Of a stretch of 64,000 nucleotides of DNA, positions 42,522 to 51,873 are shown in pieces (positions within the stretch are counted from its first letter, which is position 1; each line of letters starts with the position of its first letter). Below the pieces are notes generated by a model. That model ran no database searches. It saw nothing but the letters and a program-made list of their open reading frames with translations, and was not told where the DNA came from. A program made the position numbers and the translations under genes. Source of the stretch: Alphaproteobacteria bacterium (GTDB taxonomy: Bacteria > Pseudomonadota > Alphaproteobacteria > Micavibrionales > UBA2020); NCBI GenBank assembly GCA_016124645.1, contig WGNE01000031.1:59557-123556 (forward strand), read 5' to 3'.

Positions 42522-44348
42522 ATGACCGCCCCCGCCCGCAAAACCGCGAAAAAAACGCCAGCCCGGACCAGCTTCGACGTTTTCACCGGCTTCCTGCGCG
42601 AGAACAAGCCCGCGCAGATCTTCCTTTGCGCGCTGATGGGCGTGGTGGTCGGCATGATCACGGGCGGGCTGCACAGCTTCGTTTCCTTTTTGCACCACGC
42701 GGCCTTCATGCTGCCCGCGCACGAGCATTTGAGCGCGGCGGACCATGTCGCCCCATGGCTTTTGTTCACCGTGCCGGTCGCGGGCGGATTGTTGCTGGGG
42801 ATTTCCGCACCCTGGCTGCGCAAGGCTTTTCCGGGCGACATCATCGACCCAATCGAGGCGAACGCGATTTACGGCGGGCGCATGACGGTCGGCGGCAGCT
42901 TGCGCCTTCTCATGGCGACGCTGATCTCCAACGGCTCGGGCATCTCGGTCGGGATGGAGGCCGCCTATACGCAGGTCGGCGCCTGCTGGATGTCATGGGC
43001 GGGCAGCAAGCTTCAATTGCGCCGCTCGGACGTGCGCATCTTCGTCGCCGCCGGCGCGGGCGCGGCCATCGCCGCCGCCTACAACGCGCCGCTGGCAGGC
43101 GCCTTTTACGGATACGAGCTGGTGCTGGGCCATTACGCCATTGCCGCCCTGCCGCAGGTGACGCTGGCCGCGCTTTTCGCCGTGCTGGTGCTGCACGTCT
43201 TCACCGCGGGCACGCCGATTTTCTCCCTGCCGATGCAGACGCTGGACATTCCGGTGCGCGATTACGTGGCCTTCCTCATCGTCGGCGCGGCGGCTTCCGT
43301 CGTCGCCATCATCGTCATGAAGGCGGTGACGGGGTCGGAGCGGGTCTTTTCGCGCCTGCCGGTGCCCGAATGGCTGCGCCCCGCCATCGGCGGGCTGCTG
43401 GTCGGCACGCTGGCCTTCACGCTGTCCCCGCAGGTGCTGGGCAGCGGTCAGGGCGGCATCGACGAGCATCTGCACAACACATGGCCGCTGGGCTTTTTGT
43501 TCCTTTTGCTGCTGGGCAAAATGGCGGCATCGTCCCTGTCCATCGGCTCGGGCTTTCGCGGCGGGCTGTTCAGCGCCTCGCTCTTCCTCGGCTGCCTGCT
43601 GGGGCAGATCTCCGCCATCATCGCCAGCCATTTCATCCCGATGTCGGATACGGCCTTCGCCACCTTCATCCTCGCGGGCACCGGTTCGGTCGCGGCGGCC
43701 GTCGTCGGCGCGCCCATGACCATGATGATGCTGGTGCTGGAAATGACCGGCAGCTTCCCCGCCATGACGGCGGTGCTGGCGGGCATTCTCGTGTCCTCCA
43801 CCGTTACGCGGTACAGTTTCGGCTATTCCTTCTCAACATGGCGTTTCCACTTGAAGGGCATCGGCATTTCCGGCGCGCGGGACGTGGGCTGGCTGCGCGA
43901 GCTGACGGTTGAAAAATTGATGCGCAGCGACGCGCCCACCGCCCCCGCCGCCGAAACGCTGGCGGCGCTGCGCGAAAAACTGCCGCTGGCGAGCGGGCTG
44001 CGCAACGTCTTTCTTGTCGATGACAAGGGAAATTACCAAGGCGTCCTGAGCATCGGCGACCTGCACGCGCCGGGCCGCGAGACGCCCGCGACGGAAGAAG
44101 GAAAACCCGAAACCGAAACGAAGGAACAAGACGCGCTCTCCCTCGCCAAGGCGAAGGACAGCTTCCTGCTGCCCCGCCAGAACCTGCAGGACGCCCTGCG
44201 CGTCTTCGCGGAGGCGCGGCAGGAAGAGCTGCCCGTGCTGGCCGGCCAGCGCAAGCGCCAGATCATCGGCTACGCCCGCGAAGACCAGCTGCTGCGCCGC
44301 TACTCGCAGGAGCTGGAAAACAACCACATGGCGCAATTCGGGAACTGA
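42522..44348 (+). CDS. ClC-family chloride/proton channel-transporter with C-terminal CBS pair
   Basis: GSGISVGMEAA, GFRGGLFSASLFLG, many TM helices. The C-terminal region VFLVDDKGNYQGVLSIGDL is CBS-like. Start trimmed to the ATG at 42522. Confidence 0.85.
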   Translation: MTAPARKTAKKTPARTSFDVFTGFLRENKPAQIFLCALMGVVVGMITGGLHSFVSFLHHAAFMLPAHEHLSAADHVAPWLLFTVPVAGGLLLGISAPWLRKAFPGDIIDPIEANAIYGGRMTVGGSLRLLMATLISNGSGISVGMEAAYTQVGACWMSWAGSKLQLRRSDVRIFVAAGAGAAIAAAYNAPLAGAFYGYELVLGHYAIAALPQVTLAALFAVLVLHVFTAGTPIFSLPMQTLDIPVRDYVAFLIVGAAASVVAIIVMKAVTGSERVFSRLPVPEWLRPAIGGLLVGTLAFTLSPQVLGSGQGGIDEHLHNTWPLGFLFLLLLGKMAASSLSIGSGFRGGLFSASLFLGCLLGQISAIIASHFIPMSDTAFATFILAGTGSVAAAVVGAPMTMMMLVLEMTGSFPAMTAVLAGILVSSTVTRYSFGYSFSTWRFHLKGIGISGARDVGWLRELTVEKLMRSDAPTAPAAETLAALREKLPLASGLRNVFLVDDKGNYQGVLSIGDLHAPGRETPATEEGKPETETKEQDALSLAKAKDSFLLPRQNLQDALRVFAEARQEELPVLAGQRKRQIIGYAREDQLLRRYSQELENNHMAQFGN

Positions 44349-44361
44349 CCGGGAAAAAACT

Positions 44362-44823
44362 TTACTGCCAAGGCTTCACCACCACCATGATGACGATGAG
44401 GATCATGAGCACCGTGGGCGCTTCGTTGAGGATGCGGTAGAATTTCGCGGGCCGCTTGTTCTCGTCCTTCAAGAAGACCTTGCGCGTTTTCGCAAGGAAG
44501 CCGTGAACCCCCGAAAGCAAAAGCACCGCCGTCAGCTTGACGTGGAACCAGCCCTGCGTGAGCACGGCGGGATTGCCGAGCACGAGGAAGATGCCGAAAA
44601 GCCACGTCGCCCCCATGGCGGGGTTGATGATGACGCGCAAAAGCTTGCGCTCCATGATCTTCAGCGTCTCCGACAGCTCGGAGCCCTTGTCCGCATCCGC
44701 GTGATAGACGAAAAGCCGGGGCAGGTAGAGCATGCCCGCCATCCATGAAATGACGGCGATGATGTGCAGGGCTTTCACCCAGTTGTAATGGTCTGCGAAG
44801 AACGCGACGGGCTGGAACGGCAT
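44362..44823 (-). CDS. hemJ: protoporphyrinogen IX oxidase HemJ
   Basis: W.KALHIIAVISWMAGMLYLPRLFVYH... 4-TM UPF0093/HemJ pattern. Downstream of hemE-hemH. Confidence 0.8.
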   Translation of the reverse strand: MPFQPVAFFADHYNWVKALHIIAVISWMAGMLYLPRLFVYHADADKGSELSETLKIMERKLLRVIINPAMGATWLFGIFLVLGNPAVLTQGWFHVKLTAVLLLSGVHGFLAKTRKVFLKDENKRPAKFYRILNEAPTVLMILIVIMVVVKPWQ

Positions 44824-44854
44824 GTTGTTTTTCCTTCTGTTTTTTGGCTGCTTT

Positions 44855-45898
44855 CTACGCCGCCTGTTTCAGGCCTTCCTGCGCCTTGCAGGGACAGCGG
44901 GTGAATTTTTCAGGACAGATTTTTTCGCAAACCGATCCGCCCTGCGCGCGGCGGACCATGGCGGCGAGGCCGGAGATGAAATGCGGCTGCGCGCCGACGG
45001 TTTCGGCCTTGCCGAAATAGGGGATGCCGAGGTCTTTCGCCATGCGGCGGTAGTCCATGTCGATTTCCACCAGCGTCTCGACATGTTCGGACACGAAGGC
45101 ATGGGGATAGATGATGACGCCGGTCTTGTCCGCCGCCGCCTTGCCCAGCGCCTCGATGGTCGAGGGGCCGATCCACTTCATGGGCCCGACGCGGCTTTGG
45201 TAGCAGATCTGCCAGTCGAGGTCCGGGACTTCCCGTGCGATTTTTTCGGCTATCTTTTCCGCCGTCAGCTCGCACTGGCGCTGGTAGGGATCGCCCGCGG
45301 CGACCACCTTTTCTGGCAAGCCGTGGGCGGAGAACAGCAGGCGGATCCTGCCGTCGTAAGTCTTGCGCGCTTCTTCGAAGGCTACGCGGATTTGCGCAAC
45401 GGAAGCGGCGATGAATCCTTCATCTTCGGGATAGCAGCAAATCTCGCTCAGCTTCGCCTTTTCGAATATATCCGCGCAGGCTTTTTTGATGTCCTCGAAG
45501 GACGAGCCGGTCGTGGTGGTGGAGAATTGCGGATAGAGCGGCAGGAGAATGACATGCTCCGGCGCATATTCGCGCAGCTGCTTGGCGAGCGCTTCGCTGT
45601 CCGGCTGCCAGTAGCGCATGGAGATGAAAACCTTCGCCGCATCGCCCAGTTCTTTTTGCAGCGCGTCGGCCTGCGCTTGTGTATTCTCGAGCAGGGGGGA
45701 TTTGTAGCCGAGTTCCCTGTAGGCGCTTTTCGCCGCTCCCATGCTGCGGGAGAGGGAAATATACTGCGCCAGCGCCCAGCGTATCGGCAGCGGCGCGCCG
45801 ATGATGTTCTTGTCCATGAAAAAGCGGTAGAGGTACGGACGGATGTCTTCGCGCTTGAGCGGCCCGCCGAGGTTCAAGAGGACAACGGCGGTCTTCAC
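44855..45898 (-). CDS. hemH: ferrochelatase (with C-terminal Cys cluster)
   Basis: VVLLNLGGP, LPLYPQFS, SAHGLP, HVETL. GTG start overlapping the hemE stop (GTGA). The ORF-track N-terminal extension is rejected. Confidence 0.9.
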   Translation of the reverse strand: MKTAVVLLNLGGPLKREDIRPYLYRFFMDKNIIGAPLPIRWALAQYISLSRSMGAAKSAYRELGYKSPLLENTQAQADALQKELGDAAKVFISMRYWQPDSEALAKQLREYAPEHVILLPLYPQFSTTTTGSSFEDIKKACADIFEKAKLSEICCYPEDEGFIAASVAQIRVAFEEARKTYDGRIRLLFSAHGLPEKVVAAGDPYQRQCELTAEKIAEKIAREVPDLDWQICYQSRVGPMKWIGPSTIEALGKAAADKTGVIIYPHAFVSEHVETLVEIDMDYRRMAKDLGIPYFGKAETVGAQPHFISGLAAMVRRAQGGSVCEKICPEKFTRCPCKAQEGLKQAA

Positions 45899-46959
45899 GG
45901 CTTGTGCCCCCGTATGATGGCCGCCAGCCGCGCGACGTGTTCGGGCGGTGTTTCCTTGATGATGCCGTGGCCGAGGTTGAAGATGAATGGCTTGCCCGCG
46001 GCTTCGTCCAGAATATCCATGACGGCCTCTTCCATCTGCACGCCGCCCTGAAGCAAAAGTTCCGGCGCAAGGTTTCCCTGAAGGCAGATGGCGTCGCCGC
46101 ATATTTCCCGCGCGCGGGTGATGGAAATTTCCTGGCCCAGACCCATGCCGTTCACGCCGGTGGCGGCGGCGTATTTCCCGCAGGCTTCGCCCACGCCGCG
46201 CGGAAAGCCGATGACGGGCGTTGCGGGGCAATCGCGGCGCAGGATATCCATCAGCGCCTTCGTGGGGGCGATGACCCAACGCTCGAATTCTTCAGGCGGC
46301 AGCAGGCCCGCCCAGCTGTCGAATATCTGCAGCACGTCCGCGCCCGCCTTGACCTGCGCGGTCAGGTAACGGGCCGTGGCGGCGACGAGGATATCCATGA
46401 GGTTTTGAAAATCATCCGGGTTCTGTTTGGCGAAATCCTGCGCGGCCTGAAAGACGCCGCCGCCCCTGCCCTCGATCATGTAGCAGGCAACCGTCCAGGG
46501 CGCGCCCGCGAAACCGATGAGGCTTTTATGCGCCGGCAGTTCCGCGCGCACGCGGCGCACGGTCTCATAAACCGGCGACAGCTTTTCATCGAAGGCGTCA
46601 TAGCCGAGCCCGCTGAAAGCCTGCGTATCCCCCAGCAGTTCCAGCCGCGGCCCCTCGCCCGGCGCGAACCAGAGCTTTTGCCCGAGGGCGTGCGGAATGA
46701 CCAGAATGTCAGAGAACAAAATCGCCGCATCCATGTCGAAACGGCGCAGGGGCTGCAAGGTGACTTCCGCCGCCCATTCGGGATTGAAGCAAAGGTCGAG
46801 AAAGCCGCCTGCCCGCTCCCTGAGGGCCCTGTATTCCGGCAGGTACCTTCCCGCCTGCCGCATGAGCCAGAAGGGCGCTGGCGTCGCCGCCTGCCCCGAA
46901 AGAACCCTTTTCAAGGGCTGGGGCTGGTCTTGCTTTTTGGTGACGGGCTGTTGTGTCAT
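45895..46959 (-). CDS. hemE: uroporphyrinogen decarboxylase
   Basis: PFWLMRQAGRYLPEYR signature. Start trimmed to the ATG at 46959. Confidence 0.95.
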   Translation of the reverse strand: MTQQPVTKKQDQPQPLKRVLSGQAATPAPFWLMRQAGRYLPEYRALRERAGGFLDLCFNPEWAAEVTLQPLRRFDMDAAILFSDILVIPHALGQKLWFAPGEGPRLELLGDTQAFSGLGYDAFDEKLSPVYETVRRVRAELPAHKSLIGFAGAPWTVACYMIEGRGGGVFQAAQDFAKQNPDDFQNLMDILVAATARYLTAQVKAGADVLQIFDSWAGLLPPEEFERWVIAPTKALMDILRRDCPATPVIGFPRGVGEACGKYAAATGVNGMGLGQEISITRAREICGDAICLQGNLAPELLLQGGVQMEEAVMDILDEAAGKPFIFNLGHGIIKETPPEHVARLAAIIRGHKP

Positions 46960-47220
46960 ATGCTTGCCTGAAGGCCTTGTGATGATCCGTTTCAAGGGAA
47001 AGTGCCAGCTTTTGGGCGGGCTTGGAAGAAAAACCCTCTTAAATAATAGTATTAATTAAAGGTTGTTGGAGTCTGTAGGACGGTGGATAGCGGGGATATG
47101 CGGACGGCGGCGGAATTACCCACACAAGGGGCGAACGGCAAACACGTCGCTGCTGTGCGCGGTTTGGCGTATAAGCGGGATTCATAAAATGAATCCGGTG
47201 GTTTAAAAACTTGTGGATTT

Positions 47221-47229
47221 TGTGGATAA
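47221..47229 (-). promoter_or_regulatory. DnaA box, perfect consensus (TGTGGATAA = rc TTATCCACA)
   Basis: Exact 9-mer, directly preceded by the related TGTGGATTT (47212-20). Confidence 0.6.
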
Positions 47230-47374
47230 GTTTTGATTCCGTAAAAGGGAGTTATCCCCATCATTCCATTCCAGAGTCCGCCTTTGGAAAAACGGCCTAA
47301 GTGCTTGTTCGGACTCGTTGACTTATTCTTAAGAGGTTTCATCCATAAATTGATCAGCAGGGATATCCAGCGGC

Positions 47375-47383
47375 TTATCCACA
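47375..47383 (+). promoter_or_regulatory. DnaA box, perfect consensus TTATCCACA
   Basis: Exact 9-mer in the hemE upstream spacer. Confidence 0.6.
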
Positions 47384-47422
47384 GCGCCTGCGGCCTTTTC
47401 ATGCGCTCGCAATCCCGATAAG

Positions 47423-48088
47423 ATGAAAAGGTTGAATACAAAACCGCGAAAAGCGCGGGTCAGCATAAGGTTTAGAGGGATGATTGAGGACTGGCAGAAA
47501 CTTGACCCCGAGCGCGCGGCCCGCGTCTTGAGCGACATCAACCCGTATCTGGAGCCCGTGCCCTTCTCCGAGGGCGAGACCACGGTGCGCATGCAGCGCC
47601 TGCCCTTTTACAAGGACTATACGTTTTACGAGCTCACCGATCTTTCCGCCGTGCCGGGGGCGCGCAAATATGCGCTGTGCAAGCCGGGCGACGTGAACGT
47701 CGTCAACTGGACCAACCAGACGATTTACGAGACGAACGAAAAGGCGCCGATCGCGCTGAACGACGACAGCGTCGTTGACTACGTGAAGTTCTTCTTCAAT
47801 TACGTGCGCGGCCGCCACGGCAGGTTCCTGATCATCGAGAGCATCGACGACATCCGCTGGCAGGTGGAGCCGCCGCTGCAGGGCCGCAAGGTCATGCAGG
47901 AAATGCTCGAGCCCGTGACGGTCATCGGCAAGGACGAGGACGGCACCTATAACCTCGAGGCCTTCATGGTCTTCAAGGACAGCCTGTTCAAGACCAAGGT
48001 GCACGTCAAGCGCGACGGCCTCGTCAGCATGTCCGAAGAGGAACTCAAGATCGAGGGCATGCCCGTCCTTCAGGACGCGGCAGCGTAG
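47423..48088 (+). CDS. hypothetical protein (first gene right of the predicted origin)
   Basis: ORF with coding-like composition. Start uncertain (47423 or ATG 47480). 9-nt gap to the kinase-like gene. Confidence 0.5.
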   Translation: MKRLNTKPRKARVSIRFRGMIEDWQKLDPERAARVLSDINPYLEPVPFSEGETTVRMQRLPFYKDYTFYELTDLSAVPGARKYALCKPGDVNVVNWTNQTIYETNEKAPIALNDDSVVDYVKFFFNYVRGRHGRFLIIESIDDIRWQVEPPLQGRKVMQEMLEPVTVIGKDEDGTYNLEAFMVFKDSLFKTKVHVKRDGLVSMSEEELKIEGMPVLQDAAA

Positions 48089-48097
48089 AAAGCCATC

Positions 48098-49132
48098 ATG
48101 TCGGCCCTGCTCAAAGAACCCGAAGCGCGCGAAAAGAAGCCCCTGTTTTCAGACCTTCCGCCCGCCATGCTCCGGCAGATAGAGGATATGGTGGGCGACA
48201 AGATCGCAAGCAGCGACGTCGCCTTCGGCGGGCTGTCGTCTTCGGCGGGATTCATCATGACGCTTCAATCGGGCCGCCGGGTCTTCGCCAAGGGCACGCA
48301 TCCGGGCGAATTGTCGCACGGCGCGAAGAACCTCGGGCAGGAGGTCATGGCCTATGAAACGCTGGACATCCTGCGCGCCGTGGCGCCGCCCTATATCGGC
48401 GTCGTCTCCGACGGGGACGAGGACGGCTGGATGCTCGGCATCTGGGACTTCGTGCCGCACGACCCAAACCTTGCGAGCGCGCAGCGGGTGATGGAGGTCA
48501 TGAAACGCTGGCAGGCCGACCGGGAGGCGCAGGGCATCCTGCCGCCCGCGCGCAAGCAGGTCTATATCGACCAGTTCTTCACGGGCGACAAGAAATGGCT
48601 GCGCTTGCGGCATGACGAGGGCGTGCGGAAAAAATTTCTCTCGATGTTCGCCCAACCCAGCCTTGCCGGGAAGTGGTTCGAGCACAACATGGTGGCGTTG
48701 TGCCAGTGGCAGGCGCGGGTGGAGAAGATGGAAACCGCCGAGGGGCTGCTGCACGGCGACCTGCGTCTCGACAATTTCCTCTTCGCGCTCGAGCGCAGCT
48801 TCGCGGTCGATTGGCCGAACGCCTGCTGGGGGCCGCTGGCGCTGGACCTCGTCTTCATTTTTTCCAACATGGAGGCGATGGGCTATGGCCAGACGGAAAA
48901 GCTTTTCGACGAATACGCGCAGACGGGCGGCGCGGCCATCGACCCGGACGACCGCGCGGTGATGCTGACGGCGGTCTCGGGCTATTTCGCGGACCAGGCC
49001 TATCGCGAGGTGCCGGAAAAACTGCCCCGGCTGCGCTGGATGCAGAAATCCATGCTGCTGGCGCAGCTCAAATGCATGGCGCGGCTGGGAATCATCGAAT
49101 CACCCCCGCAGATGAACGGCGAAAACGCCTGA
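48098..49132 (+). CDS. APH/choline-kinase-like phosphotransferase family protein
   Basis: Brenner motif HGDLRLDNFLF followed by AVDWPNACWGPLALDL, as in aminoglycoside/small-molecule kinases. Confidence 0.7.
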   Translation: MSALLKEPEAREKKPLFSDLPPAMLRQIEDMVGDKIASSDVAFGGLSSSAGFIMTLQSGRRVFAKGTHPGELSHGAKNLGQEVMAYETLDILRAVAPPYIGVVSDGDEDGWMLGIWDFVPHDPNLASAQRVMEVMKRWQADREAQGILPPARKQVYIDQFFTGDKKWLRLRHDEGVRKKFLSMFAQPSLAGKWFEHNMVALCQWQARVEKMETAEGLLHGDLRLDNFLFALERSFAVDWPNACWGPLALDLVFIFSNMEAMGYGQTEKLFDEYAQTGGAAIDPDDRAVMLTAVSGYFADQAYREVPEKLPRLRWMQKSMLLAQLKCMARLGIIESPPQMNGENA

Positions 49133-49452
49133 AAACGCGTTTTATTGCACTGCGGAAATCAAGAAAAAACCGGATTCGTGCTCCATTTACAACATGATTA
49201 TTCTTTTTCTGTGGTTCATTTACCCGCCATTATGTGCAAAAAACAGCGTTTACTTTCCGTAACACAATAATTTTCCTGCTTTTTACCCTGTGGAAAAGGG
49301 GTTATTAACCTCTCCCTGCCATCATGAAGATGAAGAGGGTAGGAGTAGCTGTCTGTTTGAGTAACCGGAACAAAGGCTTAACACCGATAACCGAACGGCC
49401 TTCAGATTCAGGAAAAGCAGACACCAATAAATAAGAAACAAAAGGGTGTGAC

Positions 49453-50490
49453 ATGGGCAACGACGCAGACACGAACGGCAGCAAGACCAGAAGACCCGCG
49501 AAAGGTCGTTTCCGCAATACCACGGACAGGCTGCGCCAGGGCAAGGACGGGCATTTGAGCCACCGCGCCAGCCTCGACTGGCGGCTGGACCAGCGCCTCG
49601 TCTGCGAAACGGAAAACGCCCCCGCCGACATCGTCTCCATCGACGAGCTGGTGACCGCCGTCAAAGCGAGCCGTACGGGCGAAGCCATGCTGCAGGACGC
49701 GCGCCGGCAGGCGCTGGACATCGTCTATGACACCCAGTCGCCGGCATCGCAATATTATTACCGCGGGGAGCGTCATATCATCACGCTCAACCCCTACCGC
49801 CCGAAAGGCGACCTGATCAACCTGCTCGCGCGCGAATTGCGCCGCGCGTCCCAGCAGATGGCGGGCGCGCTGGTCAACCCGATGAGCTTCGAGCCGGACG
49901 AGGCGATCCTCGTCAACCGCGCGCAGATGGCCGACGCGCTGATGGTCTCCATCAAGGTCGCATGGGAGCTGAAGCTGGCCGACATGCCAGAGGCCTGGGA
50001 CTTCCTCGTCGGCTCGCCGATGGCGGACGTCAGCCGCATGTTCGAGATCAAGGCGCAGGCGGATTTCCGCACGCTGAACAACGGGCAGGCCGCGCGCGCC
50101 GCCTACGACAAGTTCTTCGAGGACAGCCGCACGAAAATCCACGACAAGCGCATCATCCACCAGATGCTGCTGGACGAGGCCGGGTACATGAAGGCCGCGG
50201 ACAAGCGCGCGCGCGTCTCGATGGAGCTGTTCAAGCGCCTCGGCGAAATGCCGCACGGCCGCAACTACCTGTCGATGCACGCGCAGCATGCGCCGACCGA
50301 CATGTGCTACGCCACGGTGGAGGACCGCTCCAACGCGAACTTCCTGTGGTTCATCAAATTCGAGCGCAGCTTCCAGGAGAAGGAACTGCAGATGATGGAA
50401 GAATCCGTGAAGCTGTCCGCCGAGGTCGTCGATTTCGCCGGTTACGCCGACCGGAGCAAGCGCACCCGGCATTCAGAGCAGGGTCATTAA
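49453..50490 (+). CDS. hypothetical protein, paralog of 50544..51524
   Basis: Shares ...LARELRRA...G....P.EA.....R...AD.....AWEL... and ...P.GRNYLS... blocks with the downstream gene. Basic N-terminus. Confidence 0.6.
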   Translation: MGNDADTNGSKTRRPAKGRFRNTTDRLRQGKDGHLSHRASLDWRLDQRLVCETENAPADIVSIDELVTAVKASRTGEAMLQDARRQALDIVYDTQSPASQYYYRGERHIITLNPYRPKGDLINLLARELRRASQQMAGALVNPMSFEPDEAILVNRAQMADALMVSIKVAWELKLADMPEAWDFLVGSPMADVSRMFEIKAQADFRTLNNGQAARAAYDKFFEDSRTKIHDKRIIHQMLLDEAGYMKAADKRARVSMELFKRLGEMPHGRNYLSMHAQHAPTDMCYATVEDRSNANFLWFIKFERSFQEKELQMMEESVKLSAEVVDFAGYADRSKRTRHSEQGH

Positions 50491-50543
50491 GTCTATGGGC
50501 GCGCATCTCGCCGCCTGAACGTCCCGCGGGAGGATGAACGCAG

Positions 50544-51524
50544 ATGCTGAAAGGCTACGGCGAAAGGCGGATTTCAATCCGTCTGGGGATGCTGGCGGAA
50601 GACGAGACCGCCGGATCTTTTTCGCGCGAGAGCCTGACGACAGGGCAGGAAATTTTTCTCGGCTATATCAGGGATCTTTGCGACGTGCTGGAGCACAGCC
50701 CGCTGGGGCGGCGGTTGCTGCAGAACGCCGTGGCGCGGGACGTTTCCGTGGGACTGGACCCGCTTTTGGAGCCGAACGGCTGCTTTTTCTATCCCGCGCA
50801 AAATCATTTCGACCTCGGCTACCAGCCGCATATGCTGCAGAAAACCGAAAAGGGGATGAGCCGCTATCTCGTCTCCTTCCTCGCGGGCTTGCGCCGGGCG
50901 TGGCATCTTCACAACGGCTGCGGGCCGGACGTGGGGCTGAGACCCGAGGACTTCATCCGCCAGAGCCGCTGCGCGGACGCGGATATCGGCGCGGTCACGC
51001 ATCTTGCGGCATGGGAGCTGCGCGGGGCGGGGGCGTCCTTTCTCTGGCGCTATCTTCTCTCCGGGCAAGACGGGGACGTGGCGGTCGTCTTCGAGCGCGC
51101 GATTTTGGAGAACCCCTATCACCAGTTCGACGGCGCGGCCCTGCGCGCCGGTTTCAACCAATGGTTCGCGGAAGGCGAGCGCACGGCGGCCTGCGACCAT
51201 GTCGCGCTGGAGATCATGGACATGGCGTTGATGCAGTATATGGCGCAGTGCGCGCCGAATGCGGTGGAAGCGGTGGAAGCGGAGCCGCCGGAAGCGGAAT
51301 TTCCCGCACCCGCCGTCATCGGCCGGCGCCGGCTGGCGCGCCGCGCGGCGGAAAAACTGGGGCTTTTGCCGAACGGGCTGAATTATCTTTCCGGCTGTCC
51401 CTTCAACAGCGAGTGGTATGGGCGGCAGGAAGACGACATCAACCGGATGCACCTGCTCCACCTGCAGCGCGATATCCTGCAAGTTATTGACAATAATACG
51501 CTTATTACCGGTCTGCGCCGCTAG
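50544..51524 (+). CDS. hypothetical protein, paralog of 49453..50490
   Basis: FLAGLRRAWH...RPEDFIRQSRCADADIGAVTHLAAWELR ... LPNGLNYLS aligns with the upstream paralog. Confidence 0.6.
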   Translation: MLKGYGERRISIRLGMLAEDETAGSFSRESLTTGQEIFLGYIRDLCDVLEHSPLGRRLLQNAVARDVSVGLDPLLEPNGCFFYPAQNHFDLGYQPHMLQKTEKGMSRYLVSFLAGLRRAWHLHNGCGPDVGLRPEDFIRQSRCADADIGAVTHLAAWELRGAGASFLWRYLLSGQDGDVAVVFERAILENPYHQFDGAALRAGFNQWFAEGERTAACDHVALEIMDMALMQYMAQCAPNAVEAVEAEPPEAEFPAPAVIGRRRLARRAAEKLGLLPNGLNYLSGCPFNSEWYGRQEDDINRMHLLHLQRDILQVIDNNTLITGLRR

Positions 51525-51635
51525 GACAGGGCTTTTTCAGGCATCCGGCGCGTTAACCATTTCTTCATTTTATTTGACATATTACCAGAATCGGGATAGC
51601 TTGAATGTCATCAGGTTTCAACAAACAACAGCAGG

Positions 51636-51836
51636 GTGACAACGATGGCAAACGCAAACGAACCGAAAAAATCTTCCGGCAAGGAAACCTCCTTCTTCAA
51701 GAGCGCGTTCCAGTACGCGACGGCGGCGCTTTCCTGCCTGACCGGCGAAAACCCCAACACGGGCTTCCAGAACGCGGGTTTCACCTATGAGTACGCGAAA
51801 GCCTACGTCGGCTCCAAGCGCAAGCCGCAGTTTTAA
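51636..51836 (+). CDS. small hypothetical protein (66 aa; tail ...GSKRKPQF)
   Basis: Stand-alone unit: TTGACA-like box upstream (about 51574) and a strong terminator downstream. The start could be the ATG at 51645. Confidence 0.5.
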   Translation: MTTMANANEPKKSSGKETSFFKSAFQYATAALSCLTGENPNTGFQNAGFTYEYAKAYVGSKRKPQF

Positions 51837-51873
51837 GAATTCTTTCTACTGAACGACGGGACGAAATAATTCA

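Larger units (their letters stand above)
46960..47422. other. predicted chromosomal replication origin (hemE-linked oriC)
   Basis: Perfect DnaA boxes at 47221-29 (rc) and 47375-83. 1-mismatch boxes at 47116-24 (TTACCCACA) and 47252-60 (TTATCCCCA). A 2-mismatch box at 47212-20 abuts a perfect one. Six GANTC sites (47069, 47179, 47191, 47235, 47274, 47312). AT-rich patches. Upstream of hemE, as in Caulobacter-type origins. Gene orientation flips here. Confidence 0.6.

Noticed and set aside
46960-47422. CtrA binding sites (TTAA-N7-TTAA) in the predicted origin
   Set aside because: Several TTAA tetramers are present, but none has the 7-nt spacing. No CtrA-box claim is made.
49133-49452. 320-bp AT-rich spacer with a CCTCTCCC string, as a possible sRNA
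   Set aside because: I could identify no convincing promoter and terminator pair or stable hairpin by eye. It is more simply the promoter region of the 49453 gene.
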